A DNA stretch of 64,000 bases. Origin: a virus. Numbering within the stretch: the first letter of the stretch is position 1; each line of letters starts with the position of its first letter. The notes under the pieces were generated by a model. That model was not told the origin of the DNA, made no database searches, and saw only the letters and a program-made list of their open reading frames with translations. Location: the IMG/VR virus record IMGVR_UViG_3300029784_000281, one strand, 5' to 3'. The translations under genes and the position numbers were made by a program. Shown here in pieces: positions 31,296 to 41,249 of this stretch.

Positions 31296-31305
31296 TTTAA
31301 GGAAT

Positions 31306-33738
31306 ATGGACAGAGTATTACAAAGAAGAGATACGGCATCGAACTGGGCTAAGTTTAACCCTGTTCTTTCGGAAGGGGAGATAGGAATCGTCATCGACGG
31401 AGGTAAAGGTTATAAGATAGGTGATGGTGTCACACATTGGAATGATCTGGAATACCCCTCTAATCCAACCAGTGTTGTTGGCACGATCGGAGATAGCGAG
31501 GTTGCCGTGATTAACCAGAAAGGCGTATCCTCTTTGGTCGGCCTAGACACGTACCCTGTCTTCTCCGATACCAAGCCCTACGTAAAAGGCGAGATCGTTA
31601 ATTACGGCGGTCTCTTGTACGAGTTCACGGCTGATCATGAGGCGGGGGCGTGGATTGGCACGGACGTGAAAGAGACTAGTCTGAAAAATTATTTATTAAA
31701 TAACGATATAAAATTCATGTCATTCTCCGGTAAAGCATATGTTGATTTAGGGAGTATGGCTAATTATTTGAGTGATGGCAGTTTTGACAAATATATTAAT
31801 GATCCGTTATATGATTGTGTATGGGTATATATATACCCTAATTGTACAAATCTAAATATATCTGGTGCTACTCATAGTTTAATTGGGTATTTTAAAGATA
31901 TTATACCATCAACTAATAATTATTTAGGTCGTGATTTTAAAGAGAATGCGGTATTGTGTTTGATCAATCTTAAAAGATCAGAAAATCCTAATGGGTATAA
32001 TGATTTAATTATAACTCAAGATGGAGCAGGAGCAACTCGTAAATATGTTATTGATAGTATAAATAGTCATTTAAATGATTACATTTCAAAAAACAATGAA
32101 TTAGTCAATTCTACATTTTCATCTCTAAACTACAGACCTTATCAAAATATACTAAATGTAAATAGTGTTTTGAATGGATGGTCTTTAAGTGATGGGGTAT
32201 GGCTCCCTGAAAAAAACACGGTATCCTCTGATAAAATATATCTTAGAGATGGATGTATATATACTGTTCAAGGAATAAATCCTTTTAATAATAATAATAT
32301 TTATATAGCGATGTTTGATCAGATGGATAATTATATCGGCAGGTCTTTGCATCCTATTGATAATCAAGAAGAAAATAATGCATGCACTTTTAAGTTTAAA
32401 GCTTTAAAAGGTACGTCATACGTGAGATTTATTCTAAAAGGGAATGCTAACGTAGAATATAATCCCGATATTATTCAATTAGAGGTTGGAGGTATCAAAA
32501 CAAGTATAAAACAATTTTCAGGAAAGGACTTATTTGCATTAGATGATAATGATAGTTTTTTCTTGCAGCAACTACGATTAATTTCTAAAGAGAAACCTAA
32601 AGGGAAAAACTTATTAAATCCTAATGATTTAATGTATGGATATACCTTGTCATCTGGAATGGTTGTTGAACATCCACATGGCGTATTTTCCAATAGATTA
32701 TTTCTTGAAGATGGAGTAAATTACTCTTTCTCTCATATGGCTATTTATAGTAAAGATATTAAAAATTTATATTTAGCTTATTTTGACAGGAATGGTAATT
32801 TTATAAAAAGAACTAGTCACAGTCTATCATTAGAGGATGGCGATTTGTATGGTTCTGTTACGATAAAATATGTTAGTTATGGTGCTTATTTTGTTCGCGC
32901 CTTAATCCAAAGTGATGAAATAGAATCTGCAGCAGATTTAACAAAGGCTCAAATCGAACAAGGTAGTTCACCAACAGATTATGAAGAATATAAGGGTACT
33001 TCTTATGACTTGCATGCTGATTCTAATAATAATTTTGTTATTAGTAAAAATATATTACTTACTGGAGCATCCTTTGCATTTCCCGGAAATGAATGGTTCT
33101 CGCATGTAGTTAATGATTTAAATATAACAGGTTATAATAAAGCTGTGAGTGGTGAAACCATAGTACACACTGCAAATAAGATGGCTGAGGGTACTCTTTA
33201 TTCTAAGGACGAATTAGAGACATTTGATATTTTTATGATATTTCATTCTCACAATCAAGTGGTGGATGATTATGAGAACATAAAGGAAGACTATAGGGAT
33301 TATGAACTTCCTTTTGGCAACTCTGATAAGTCAATTTGCTGGGATTATGTGTTGAAAAAATATTATGCGGATTGCTATGCTCTAAAAGATGATCCATCAT
33401 CTAAATGGTATGGAACTAAAAGTGGGAAGCCTTGTATAATCGTTGTATGTACTCATTGGCATGATGCTAGAACAATTTTCAATGAGAGTATAAGGAATCT
33501 CCAGAAAAAATGGGGTTTTATACTCTGTGAGTTTGATAAAAATATAGGTTTCTCAAAAAATCAAGTCCATCCCATAACTAATGAGCAAATATCCATATTA
33601 CATGCCGATACAAAAGATGGAGGAGATACAGAGGTGATAAATGGAGTAACATATGGTTGGCATCCAACAGAATATGTTGATGCTTGGATTCAAAAAAGAA
33701 TGGCTTCAATTGTTGAAGCTGCTATTAGAAACCTATAG
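31306..33738 (+). CDS. tail fibre paralogue with the same N-terminal domain and an unrelated AT-rich C-terminal region
   Basis: The N-terminus MDRVLQRRDTASNWAKFNPVLSEGEIGIVIDGGKGYKIGDGVTHWNDLEY is paralogous to the previous gene. The C-terminal 600 aa are Asn/Tyr-rich and much lower in GC. Confidence 0.7.
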   Translation: MDRVLQRRDTASNWAKFNPVLSEGEIGIVIDGGKGYKIGDGVTHWNDLEYPSNPTSVVGTIGDSEVAVINQKGVSSLVGLDTYPVFSDTKPYVKGEIVNYGGLLYEFTADHEAGAWIGTDVKETSLKNYLLNNDIKFMSFSGKAYVDLGSMANYLSDGSFDKYINDPLYDCVWVYIYPNCTNLNISGATHSLIGYFKDIIPSTNNYLGRDFKENAVLCLINLKRSENPNGYNDLIITQDGAGATRKYVIDSINSHLNDYISKNNELVNSTFSSLNYRPYQNILNVNSVLNGWSLSDGVWLPEKNTVSSDKIYLRDGCIYTVQGINPFNNNNIYIAMFDQMDNYIGRSLHPIDNQEENNACTFKFKALKGTSYVRFILKGNANVEYNPDIIQLEVGGIKTSIKQFSGKDLFALDDNDSFFLQQLRLISKEKPKGKNLLNPNDLMYGYTLSSGMVVEHPHGVFSNRLFLEDGVNYSFSHMAIYSKDIKNLYLAYFDRNGNFIKRTSHSLSLEDGDLYGSVTIKYVSYGAYFVRALIQSDEIESAADLTKAQIEQGSSPTDYEEYKGTSYDLHADSNNNFVISKNILLTGASFAFPGNEWFSHVVNDLNITGYNKAVSGETIVHTANKMAEGTLYSKDELETFDIFMIFHSHNQVVDDYENIKEDYRDYELPFGNSDKSICWDYVLKKYYADCYALKDDPSSKWYGTKSGKPCIIVVCTHWHDARTIFNESIRNLQKKWGFILCEFDKNIGFSKNQVHPITNEQISILHADTKDGGDTEVINGVTYGWHPTEYVDAWIQKRMASIVEAAIRNL

Positions 33739-33774
33739 GTTGTAAAATAATCTAAATCATAAAAACATAGCATC

Positions 33775-34266
33775 ATGTATCGCTACCTCTCCTACATATC
33801 CGACCTCGCTAACTGGGCCAAGTCCATCGCCATAGCCGCCGTAGTCACGGCGATGGACTTCGTGTCACCGATCGAGAACTTCTTGGTGGTGATCCTGTCG
33901 CTGGCCTTCATCGATACGTTCTGGGGGTTGGCTGCGGATCACGGGGATTTCCGGAAGAGCAAGTTCATCCGTAGCTGGGTGTACATGCTAGTCTATTTCC
34001 TGATCATAATCATCTCGTTCTGGATAGGCGTGATGATGGATATATCGGAGGATAACGCCAAGGCTTTCGTGTCTTGGATCACGTGGGCGATGATATGGTT
34101 TTACGGTACTAATGTCTTGAAGAACATGGGCAAGGTATTCCCGGATAACAAGGTGATAGCCTTCTTGTATTGGGTTGCCGCCGTAAAATTCATTAGTAAG
34201 GTCAATTTCTTGGATGAGTATAACAAGACAAAGAATAAAAAAGGCTCCCCAGATCCAAAAGGATAG
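33775..34266 (+). CDS. holin-like membrane protein
   Basis: 163 aa with three or four predicted TM helices, immediately upstream of the endolysin. Confidence 0.5.
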   Translation: MYRYLSYISDLANWAKSIAIAAVVTAMDFVSPIENFLVVILSLAFIDTFWGLAADHGDFRKSKFIRSWVYMLVYFLIIIISFWIGVMMDISEDNAKAFVSWITWAMIWFYGTNVLKNMGKVFPDNKVIAFLYWVAAVKFISKVNFLDEYNKTKNKKGSPDPKG

Positions 34267-34354
34267 GGGAGCCGGATAAATTTTAGCTTCCTGTCTTTCG
34301 CAAGGGAGGATAGCAAGGTTAACAAAGCGCATAAAAGTATAAAAAATAATTGAT

Positions 34355-34816
34355 ATGAGAACGATTAACAGGAAAATCAACTTGATCGTGATCCATTGTT
34401 CGGCCACTAGGGTAGATAAGGATTATACCCCTGAGCAATTAGAGAGAGACCACAAGGCGAGAGGATTCAACTCCGCGGGTTATAACTATTATATCCGGAA
34501 GAGCGGGGAGATAGTATCTATGCGTCCATTGGAATTGATTCCGGCTCATGTGACCGGATATAACAAGAATAGTATAGGAATATGCTATGAGGGTGGTCTT
34601 GATCCGGACGGGAATCCGGATGATACACGTACGGAGGCACAGAGACAGTCGATTATAAGGCTGTTGTTGGATTTGGTCGTACAGTTCCCGGATAGTAGGA
34701 TCTGCGGTCATCGTGACCTATCCCCGGATCTTAACGGTAACGGTAAGATTGAACCGGACGAGTGGATGAAGATGTGTCCATGTTTTAATGCCGAGGAGGA
34801 GTATCGCAATATATGA
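34355..34816 (+). CDS. endolysin, N-acetylmuramoyl-L-alanine amidase (Amidase_2/PGRP fold)
   Basis: IVIHCSAT, GYNYYI and NSIGICYEGG motifs are typical of the Amidase_2 zinc amidase family. Confidence 0.8.
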   Translation: MRTINRKINLIVIHCSATRVDKDYTPEQLERDHKARGFNSAGYNYYIRKSGEIVSMRPLELIPAHVTGYNKNSIGICYEGGLDPDGNPDDTRTEAQRQSIIRLLLDLVVQFPDSRICGHRDLSPDLNGNGKIEPDEWMKMCPCFNAEEEYRNI

Positions 34817-35280
34817 AACCTTGGAAAGTAATATTAATACTAGTGTGCTTGGTAGCCAGTTTCACGGCTGGCTACCATATCAGGGGGGATGTGGCTAGTG
34901 ATTCGATATCCAAGACCGACACGTTCATCAAGGTGGATACGATACATGACAGCATCCCGTACCCGGTTTATGAGACACTGGTAAAAATAATACCGGAGCC
35001 ATTCCCTGTTTATATCACGTTGGACGGTGACACGGTCATAGAACCTATATATGTTCCTATGCCGATCACCCAAAAGGAGTACAAGACGGATGATTACCGG
35101 CTGTCAATATCCGGCTATAAGCCTAATCTTGATTACATCGATGTATATCGCAAGACTGAGTATATAACCAAGACGATCACCCCCCGTAGATGGGGAATAG
35201 GTGTTATTGCCGGTTATGGGATCGGGAAACATGGACTATCACCTTACGTTGGATTGGGTGGATTCTGCAGGATTTGGTGA
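34813..35280 (+). CDS. spanin-like lysis accessory protein
   Basis: ATGA overlap with the endolysin stop. N-terminal TM helix ILILVCLVASFTAGY. Confidence 0.4.
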   Translation: MKPWKVILILVCLVASFTAGYHIRGDVASDSISKTDTFIKVDTIHDSIPYPVYETLVKIIPEPFPVYITLDGDTVIEPIYVPMPITQKEYKTDDYRLSISGYKPNLDYIDVYRKTEYITKTITPRRWGIGVIAGYGIGKHGLSPYVGLGGFCRIW

Positions 35281-35579
35281 GGCCTCCATGACTCACGTCC
35301 GGGAAGCCCCTATTAACTAGTAATAATAATTCGTCATATGAATAACAAGGGTTGACGTTTTTTTGTTCATGGTTAATTTAATATTAGTTTGATGGTGACT
35401 TCGTGAGAACGAACCGGAAAGGGAAGATAAAGAAAAAAAAGAATCTTCCCTAAATAATCGGATCGGAAGTTTGATTATTTTTTCATGCCACGCACGACGG
35501 GAAGATTCTTATATGTCTTTCTGCCGTGCATTTTTTTGCCCGGCTTTGATAGTAAAACAAACCACGAAATAAAAAGTTT

Positions 35580-35876
35580 ATGAATAAGGTGGAAATTTTT
35601 TACAAAAAAGTGATAGAGGCTGTCTGCAAGGAGTGCGGAACCGATCCGGTAATGATGTTTAGCAACAATAAGGAGAGGAGCGTTGACGCTAGGGGAGTGG
35701 CTATAACCATACTGGCCGATCGCAAGTTGAGCGACAATATCATATCCGATCTGACGGGGATGACGAGGCAAGCCGTGAACCGGATGCGTAATTTGTATCC
35801 GGACAGGATAAGGAGGAGTTACTATCTGAGAAGAACGGTGGAGAGCGTCAAAGAGGAGCTATCCGGTACGGTCTGA
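35580..35876 (+). CDS. small HTH DNA-binding protein (DnaA-C/TrpR-like)
   Basis: SVDARGVAITILADRKLSDNIISDLTGMTRQAVNRM looks like an HTH. Preferred over the antisense ORF 35475-35771. Confidence 0.4.
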   Translation: MNKVEIFYKKVIEAVCKECGTDPVMMFSNNKERSVDARGVAITILADRKLSDNIISDLTGMTRQAVNRMRNLYPDRIRRSYYLRRTVESVKEELSGTV

Positions 35877-35993
35877 GGGTGCGTTATGTTGTAAGACATG
35901 TGATTTGTCTATGAAAAAATTTTCATATAACAAAATTTTTTGCGACATTTGCGGCGTAAAAGGTGATTTTGTAGCCTCGTCAAGTAACCAGCC

Positions 35994-36929
35994 TTGGCAG
36001 AGGCTTTGTTGTATACGAAAAGTTTCATTATGGAAATATATATGCCACATGCGGTAAATGATATTAGGATAGGAGAAGCCTTCAATCATCTATTCAGGAT
36101 AATCCTGAAAATGGAGAATTCCGATGATGATGATTTCATATGGAACTTCCAATATACGGCATTTGTGACTCCATTTTTCTTATTGCCTCTTATGCTTTAT
36201 AGAGATAAGTGCGGTAAGAATGTGGTTTGCAAGAATATATCGGACAGTGTTAAAAGCTATCTGGACTCTATTCATTTTGAAGGAGGTGTAGTAGCTGACA
36301 GTGTTAGTGATTTTCATAATTATATGGAATATTTTTCTATGAAAAAATATATTCCTATAATAAAGTTCCCGGGATGTAAAAGCAAGGATAGCATAAAAAA
36401 CGATATACTATCTGTAGCAGAGAATATAATGATAAGGCAATTAAATATTGAAGGAGAGTTGAGAAAGGCTTTATCTTATATGCTGACTGAGACGATTGAC
36501 AATATATCTGAACATTCAGAGAGTGAATTTGGTTATATATTTGCTCAGTATTATCCGTCAAAGAGTTATATAGACATTTGCATAGCGGATAATGGTATAA
36601 GTATACTGGGTAGTTATGTTAAGTCTGGCAAGGGAGGTATAACTAACGATGTGGAGGCTTTAAAAAGCGCGGGAAAGGGTATATCGACTAAAAATTTACC
36701 AGATACCGAGAATCGTGGTTATGGTATAAGTACTTGCAAGAGAATGTTGTCTAAGGGACTTGGAGGAACATATTTTTTGCTGTCTGGGCAAGCGTTTCAT
36801 CTTATGTCAGAGGAAGAGACATCATATATAGGACTTCCTGATTATATAAAATGGGATGGAACTATAGTGGCATTAAGGATACCATATAAAGAGGAAAGGA
36901 TGTTTAATTTTTATGAATATTTAGAATGA
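35994..36929 (+). CDS. GHKL/HATPase_c-type ATPase, an anti-sigma-factor-like kinase domain protein
   Basis: Bergerat-fold motifs: N-box LTETIDNISEH, G1 ICIADNGISILG and G2 ENRGYGISTCKRM. The true start may be an internal Met (MEIYM or MPHAV). Confidence 0.6.
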   Translation: MAEALLYTKSFIMEIYMPHAVNDIRIGEAFNHLFRIILKMENSDDDDFIWNFQYTAFVTPFFLLPLMLYRDKCGKNVVCKNISDSVKSYLDSIHFEGGVVADSVSDFHNYMEYFSMKKYIPIIKFPGCKSKDSIKNDILSVAENIMIRQLNIEGELRKALSYMLTETIDNISEHSESEFGYIFAQYYPSKSYIDICIADNGISILGSYVKSGKGGITNDVEALKSAGKGISTKNLPDTENRGYGISTCKRMLSKGLGGTYFLLSGQAFHLMSEEETSYIGLPDYIKWDGTIVALRIPYKEERMFNFYEYLE

Positions 36930-37285
36930 AGATCATGGAAAAGACAATTGTGATATCAGAATTGATAAGGGGAGAGCTTCGTTCTAGGACAGAAGCTAAA
37001 AAAATCTATATAAGGGCTAAGGATTTGAATAGCCCATGTGTACGTATAGATTTTAAGGATGTATATTTTATGTCTCGATCATTTGCGGATGAGTTATGCA
37101 ATACAATAGAGGCTTTGGCCTTGGATAAAGTGAGGGTCTCTATGGAGAATGAGAGCGACTCTATAGATCTGATGATGAAAATAGTAAAAGGTAATAGAAA
37201 TAAACCGAGGAATATGCATGAGGACAGTGAGGTTAAAGAATTTTCGGACATGGATTCATTGTCAGAGTTCCTGTCTACCATATAA
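36926..37285 (+). CDS. small STAS-like (anti-sigma-antagonist-like, DUF4325-type) protein, translationally coupled to the upstream ATPase
   Basis: ATGA stop/start overlap with the GHKL gene. The 119-aa profile (IVISELIRGELRSRTEAKKIYIRAKDLNSPCVRIDFKDVYFMSRSFADEL) resembles STAS-fold antagonists. The assignment is by pattern only. Confidence 0.45.
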   Translation: MKIMEKTIVISELIRGELRSRTEAKKIYIRAKDLNSPCVRIDFKDVYFMSRSFADELCNTIEALALDKVRVSMENESDSIDLMMKIVKGNRNKPRNMHEDSEVKEFSDMDSLSEFLSTI

Positions 37286-37517
37286 AATTATTTCATGCTA
37301 TATAAAAGAGAATGATATGAAAAATTTAGATGAAAAAATAGCTAAGGAGTATAATGAATTCCTAGAAAGGAATAGTTTTGATAAATACTCAGATAGAAAA
37401 AACATATATCTAGTCCAAACACGCTACAATGCATGTATTGGAAACAGCCTTGCATAAATTAGGAGAAGAATTATTGGCTATAAATTTATAATTAACCGCT
37501 ATCCTTATGCTTCCTAT

Positions 37518-37546
37518 GGCCCCCAAAAATCTGGGGGCTTTTTTTG
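37518..37546 (+). terminator. strong intrinsic terminator
   Basis: GGCCCCCaaaaatcTGGGGGC followed by TTTTTTT. Confidence 0.65.
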
Positions 37547-37679
37547 TCTCATTCCCTTCCGCAAAGAACTAGCAACAACCTCGCAACAAGCTAGCAAGGA
37601 GATATTTATTTAGCAAGGCACTTCTCTGGATTTTTGTGGTGTCCGGGATAACCCGGAATAACCATAAAATTCATGATAT

Positions 37680-38402
37680 ATGGAAGCAGAGAAAATTATT
37701 AAGGAGAAAGAGATCGTCCATGAGGATGAGCACAAGGATTACGCAAGCAAGGGCGTGGGTAACGCCGGCTTGACATTGGGTATCATTGGTACGGCTCTTG
37801 GAGCTTGGGCGGTGTCACGTAACCGTGGCGGCTTGTTCGGCGGTGGCTGGGGAGCCGGTATGCCAGAGAACGTTAACATCAACACGACCACAGGAGGCGG
37901 TGGTGGTTCCGGGGTAGGCGCTCCGACTGCGTTCATGGCTTGGGAAAAGGGCTGTGAGGAGGCGTTATCGCTTACAAACGCAATGTGGGGATTGAAAGTC
38001 TCAGGTATGCAAGCCGATTACGATCACCGCCAGACGGATATCGCCGAGAAATTCGCCTTGTGGAAGTCACAGGTAGACGCTGATTTCGGATTGTACAAGT
38101 CACAGGTAGACGCTGATTTTGGTCTATACAAGAACCAAAGAGACCAGTTCGATGTCTTGAAGGCTCAGATCGATGAATTGAGGTGTCAGGTGGCTGTAGG
38201 TTCGGCGATTCGTCCTTACCAAGACAAGTTGCTTCAATGCGAGATCGAGAAGGCGTTCACGGCTAGTGTCAATTACACCGATCGTAGAACCTGCCGTATG
38301 ATCACGGGAGAATTGGTATTGCCAAATACCCCTACGGTAACAGGCTATCCTAGCTACAATCCGTGCTCATGCCCGGCATCCGCTCCGGCACCTACGGCTT
38401 AA
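37680..38402 (+). CDS. glycine-rich protein with one TM segment and an internal repeat
   Basis: GGGGGSG tracts. Internal duplication WKSQVDADFGLYKSQVDADFGLYKNQ. C-terminal Cys-Pro-rich tail. Confidence 0.5.
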   Translation: MEAEKIIKEKEIVHEDEHKDYASKGVGNAGLTLGIIGTALGAWAVSRNRGGLFGGGWGAGMPENVNINTTTGGGGGSGVGAPTAFMAWEKGCEEALSLTNAMWGLKVSGMQADYDHRQTDIAEKFALWKSQVDADFGLYKSQVDADFGLYKNQRDQFDVLKAQIDELRCQVAVGSAIRPYQDKLLQCEIEKAFTASVNYTDRRTCRMITGELVLPNTPTVTGYPSYNPCSCPASAPAPTA

Positions 38403-38475
38403 GGTAAAGTTAGTGGCTTGTGCTCCCTAGGGGGCGCTTGCCGCTTTCCTTTTTTTAACCACTAACAGTATTATC

Positions 38476-38991
38476 ATGCAGACAAATGTTTTTTTAGGGG
38501 GGAGTGACCCTGTATTAGGTAGCAATCCTTATAATCCGAATATAAGCGAGATAGAAGCAAACATTCAGCGTCTCCAGCAAGCGCAGCAACAGATGGAGAT
38601 CCAGAAGCAACGTATGCTTAACCCTTCTGCGCAACAGGCCCAAAGCCGTAATCCGGTGTGGGACGAGATAGACAAGCTCGTTAGCGAGATGTCGGATAGC
38701 GAGTTCGAAATGGTCAATAACAATCCGGAGTATCAACAGTCCTACCAGAAGGTAATGGCTATCCTTAACCGTGAATACATGCGCATCATGCGTCCGTTGG
38801 TGGAGGAGAGCAAGGACGGAAAGGCCGCCTTGGAGGAATTGTTGGGAATGGCCAAGAAGATAAAGAAATCGGCCTCAGAGGAGGTTAACAAGAACATGGC
38901 GTTGTTCGCTGAGTACACGGCCAAATACGCCGATATGCCATACGCCGACTTCCTTAAATTGAAGAATAGCGGAAAAGGAGGTAAGAAATGA
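38476..38991 (+). CDS. hypothetical Gln-rich protein
   Basis: 171-aa ORF with good coding appearance. Confidence 0.5.
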   Translation: MQTNVFLGGSDPVLGSNPYNPNISEIEANIQRLQQAQQQMEIQKQRMLNPSAQQAQSRNPVWDEIDKLVSEMSDSEFEMVNNNPEYQQSYQKVMAILNREYMRIMRPLVEESKDGKAALEELLGMAKKIKKSASEEVNKNMALFAEYTAKYADMPYADFLKLKNSGKGGKK

Positions 38992-39096
38992 CACGTGAGG
39001 AAGGTATGCTTATCGAATTGATCGATAAGGTCAAGAGACAAGGGTATGCTATCAATACCTTAAGAGAGGAAGTGGAACAATTAAAGAAAGAGTCAT

Positions 39097-39540
39097 ATGG
39101 AACTAAAGCAACAAGCTCTAGAGCTAAAAAGCAGGCTAATTAACTCGGTGGAGATATGGGCGGAGGAAAGGGTCGACTCTTTCGTCTCCGGGAACACGGC
39201 TTTCAAGCCCCTTGGCAAGTATCTGAAAAGAGGTGTCCACAACATCCTCGTGCAAAAGGACAAGGAGATCACTGAGAAGGTGGAGGGTTTCATGATGTTC
39301 GTGGCTGACGAGAACGGCAATTATGATAAGGAAGAGTTATTCGATGACGCTATGAACGTATTCAAGAGCATGAAACCTTACAAGTTTGAGCAAGGATTCT
39401 TGAAGGGTACGATAGGGGAGGGATCTATATTGGTGGAACTTCCGGATAATGCTCTTATGAATTTTATCCTAGGCGAAACGAACGCTATCCGTATAACGGA
39501 AGCGGATTTTTTGGAGTTGAAATCAATATTTACCGAATAA
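39097..39540 (+). CDS. hypothetical protein
   Basis: 147-aa ORF. Confidence 0.5.
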   Translation: MELKQQALELKSRLINSVEIWAEERVDSFVSGNTAFKPLGKYLKRGVHNILVQKDKEITEKVEGFMMFVADENGNYDKEELFDDAMNVFKSMKPYKFEQGFLKGTIGEGSILVELPDNALMNFILGETNAIRITEADFLELKSIFTE

Positions 39541-39551
39541 TAATATGAGAT

Positions 39552-40043
39552 ATGAGATACAAGGAACAGATAAGGGAGTACCAAGCCAAGGGACTAGGCT
39601 CCGAGAAGAAGATGTGGGCCTCCATAGACGTGATGGAGGAGGCTATGGAAAAGTTAAGGGAGAAAGACCCGGAAGCGTATGACGAGACTATGCGTGATTT
39701 ACATGAGGTTTTTTGTGGGCCTCATTATAATGAGTGCTTTGCTAGGATGGACGTGGCGGCAATGCACCATAAAGGCAAGTCGGGGGAGGATAAGGGTGAG
39801 CACTGGAACATCCAGCAAGTAACCGCCGTCGCTAAAGGCATGAGCGTACCGGGCAACGCTAATATTTGGGATGTTTACGTTGCGCTAAATTCAGCGTGGC
39901 ACGACAAGGAAGTAAAGTTCACGGAATGGTTCGGTCCGGATGCCGAGAAAAAGATCATCGAGGACGCTGTCAATTTCTACTTCATGGATGATGACGCTCC
40001 TGAAGGCAAGGTCTGGATTTACATGTGCGCCATGGATGACTAA
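39552..40043 (+). CDS. hypothetical protein
   Basis: 163-aa ORF. Confidence 0.5.
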   Translation: MRYKEQIREYQAKGLGSEKKMWASIDVMEEAMEKLREKDPEAYDETMRDLHEVFCGPHYNECFARMDVAAMHHKGKSGEDKGEHWNIQQVTAVAKGMSVPGNANIWDVYVALNSAWHDKEVKFTEWFGPDAEKKIIEDAVNFYFMDDDAPEGKVWIYMCAMDD

Positions 40044-40228
40044 GAAAACCAAAAATAAAGGACACGCAAAGAAGGAATCCGCAAGACGGGAGATAGACCG
40101 CCTCACGGATTCCTTGGATTTCGAGCCTGTCAACTTCTATGAGGTGATGGCTCGGATTAGACACTTGATGTGCCATGAATATTCTATGAATAAGAAATAT
40201 CGTTAGTATATTCTGGATTTCACTTCCT

Positions 40229-40786
40229 TTGAGAAAAAAAATAATGGACATAACTATTCGAAAAGCAGATATTTATAAGGAAGTGGAGAAGATTACCTCT
40301 ATAACTGGTTCCTCTATAAACATGGAGGATGGATCGACCTTGTATGATAAGGTGTGGGCCAATGAATACGATCAAGATATTTTAGATACATTCTGGAGGA
40401 ATGCTGTAAACACAGTCATATCTCTGTTCATTCGTTATCTGGACAAGGATACGGTAAAACATAATATTATTGAGACTGACAGAGGAGAGATATTTTCCTT
40501 GAAAGTAAAGATGCCTGAGCGTTTTGACCGAAGGCTTGAGGGAGGAATTTTCGACTTGGTCTCGGATTTATTGGCTACAATTGTCTTGTCTGGATGGTTT
40601 GAGCTAAAATTGCCGGAAAAAGTCAAGACCTATAATGATAAGGCGATAGCGTTATCGTCAGAAATAAGAGGAGAACTATTATATCGTGTCTCCCCGGTGC
40701 GAGAGAATAGAAAAGACTATGGATTAGATAATTATATATTCGATCAAGTTTATGGCAAATGTACGGATTGTCCTTCACAAGGATGA
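40229..40786 (+). CDS. hypothetical protein
   Basis: 185-aa ORF. Confidence 0.5.
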   Translation: MRKKIMDITIRKADIYKEVEKITSITGSSINMEDGSTLYDKVWANEYDQDILDTFWRNAVNTVISLFIRYLDKDTVKHNIIETDRGEIFSLKVKMPERFDRRLEGGIFDLVSDLLATIVLSGWFELKLPEKVKTYNDKAIALSSEIRGELLYRVSPVRENRKDYGLDNYIFDQVYGKCTDCPSQG

Positions 40787-40790
40787 GATA

Positions 40791-41249
40791 ATGGCAGATA
40801 TAAAGGCTATAGCCCATGTTACAGGAAGAAGGTTATTGACCCCGGATAATATGGATAAAGCCTCGGATATACAAACACCGGAGGAAGGCCCGGACCTAGA
40901 TATTGTTGCCCGGGCATTATCTTCCGCCTTTGATAACATAAAGCATGTATGCTCAAGATACCTAAATGTTGGTAGGCTGGAGGATTTTAACAGCCTAGAG
41001 GATATATCAGGAGACTATATGATAAATCTCAATATGCCTTTACGTTGGAACTATTCCGCGACATCCCGCATTAAGAGCTTAATGCACGAGCATATTGTTT
41101 GCTACGGATTGTACTCTATCTTTGAGAAGACCAATCCTGAGGACGCTACTATTTACTTGGAAAAAGCCAGCGTGCAACTGTCTTTGATAAAACCGGCCTT
41201 AGAATTGAGGACCGGTCCGATAAGGAGGAGGATTAATCCGTTTATCTAG
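40791..41249 (+). CDS. hypothetical protein (likely start MADIKAIAHV; the track start 40752 is probably too early)
   Basis: The ATG at 40791 is preceded by aaggatgag and avoids overlap with the previous gene. Confidence 0.45.
   Translation: MADIKAIAHVTGRRLLTPDNMDKASDIQTPEEGPDLDIVARALSSAFDNIKHVCSRYLNVGRLEDFNSLEDISGDYMINLNMPLRWNYSATSRIKSLMHEHIVCYGLYSIFEKTNPEDATIYLEKASVQLSLIKPALELRTGPIRRRINPFI

Noticed and set aside
35475-35771. Minus-strand 98-aa ORF antisense to the small HTH gene
   Set aside because: Its N-terminus runs through an intergenic hairpin region. The plus-strand frame has a recognisable HTH.
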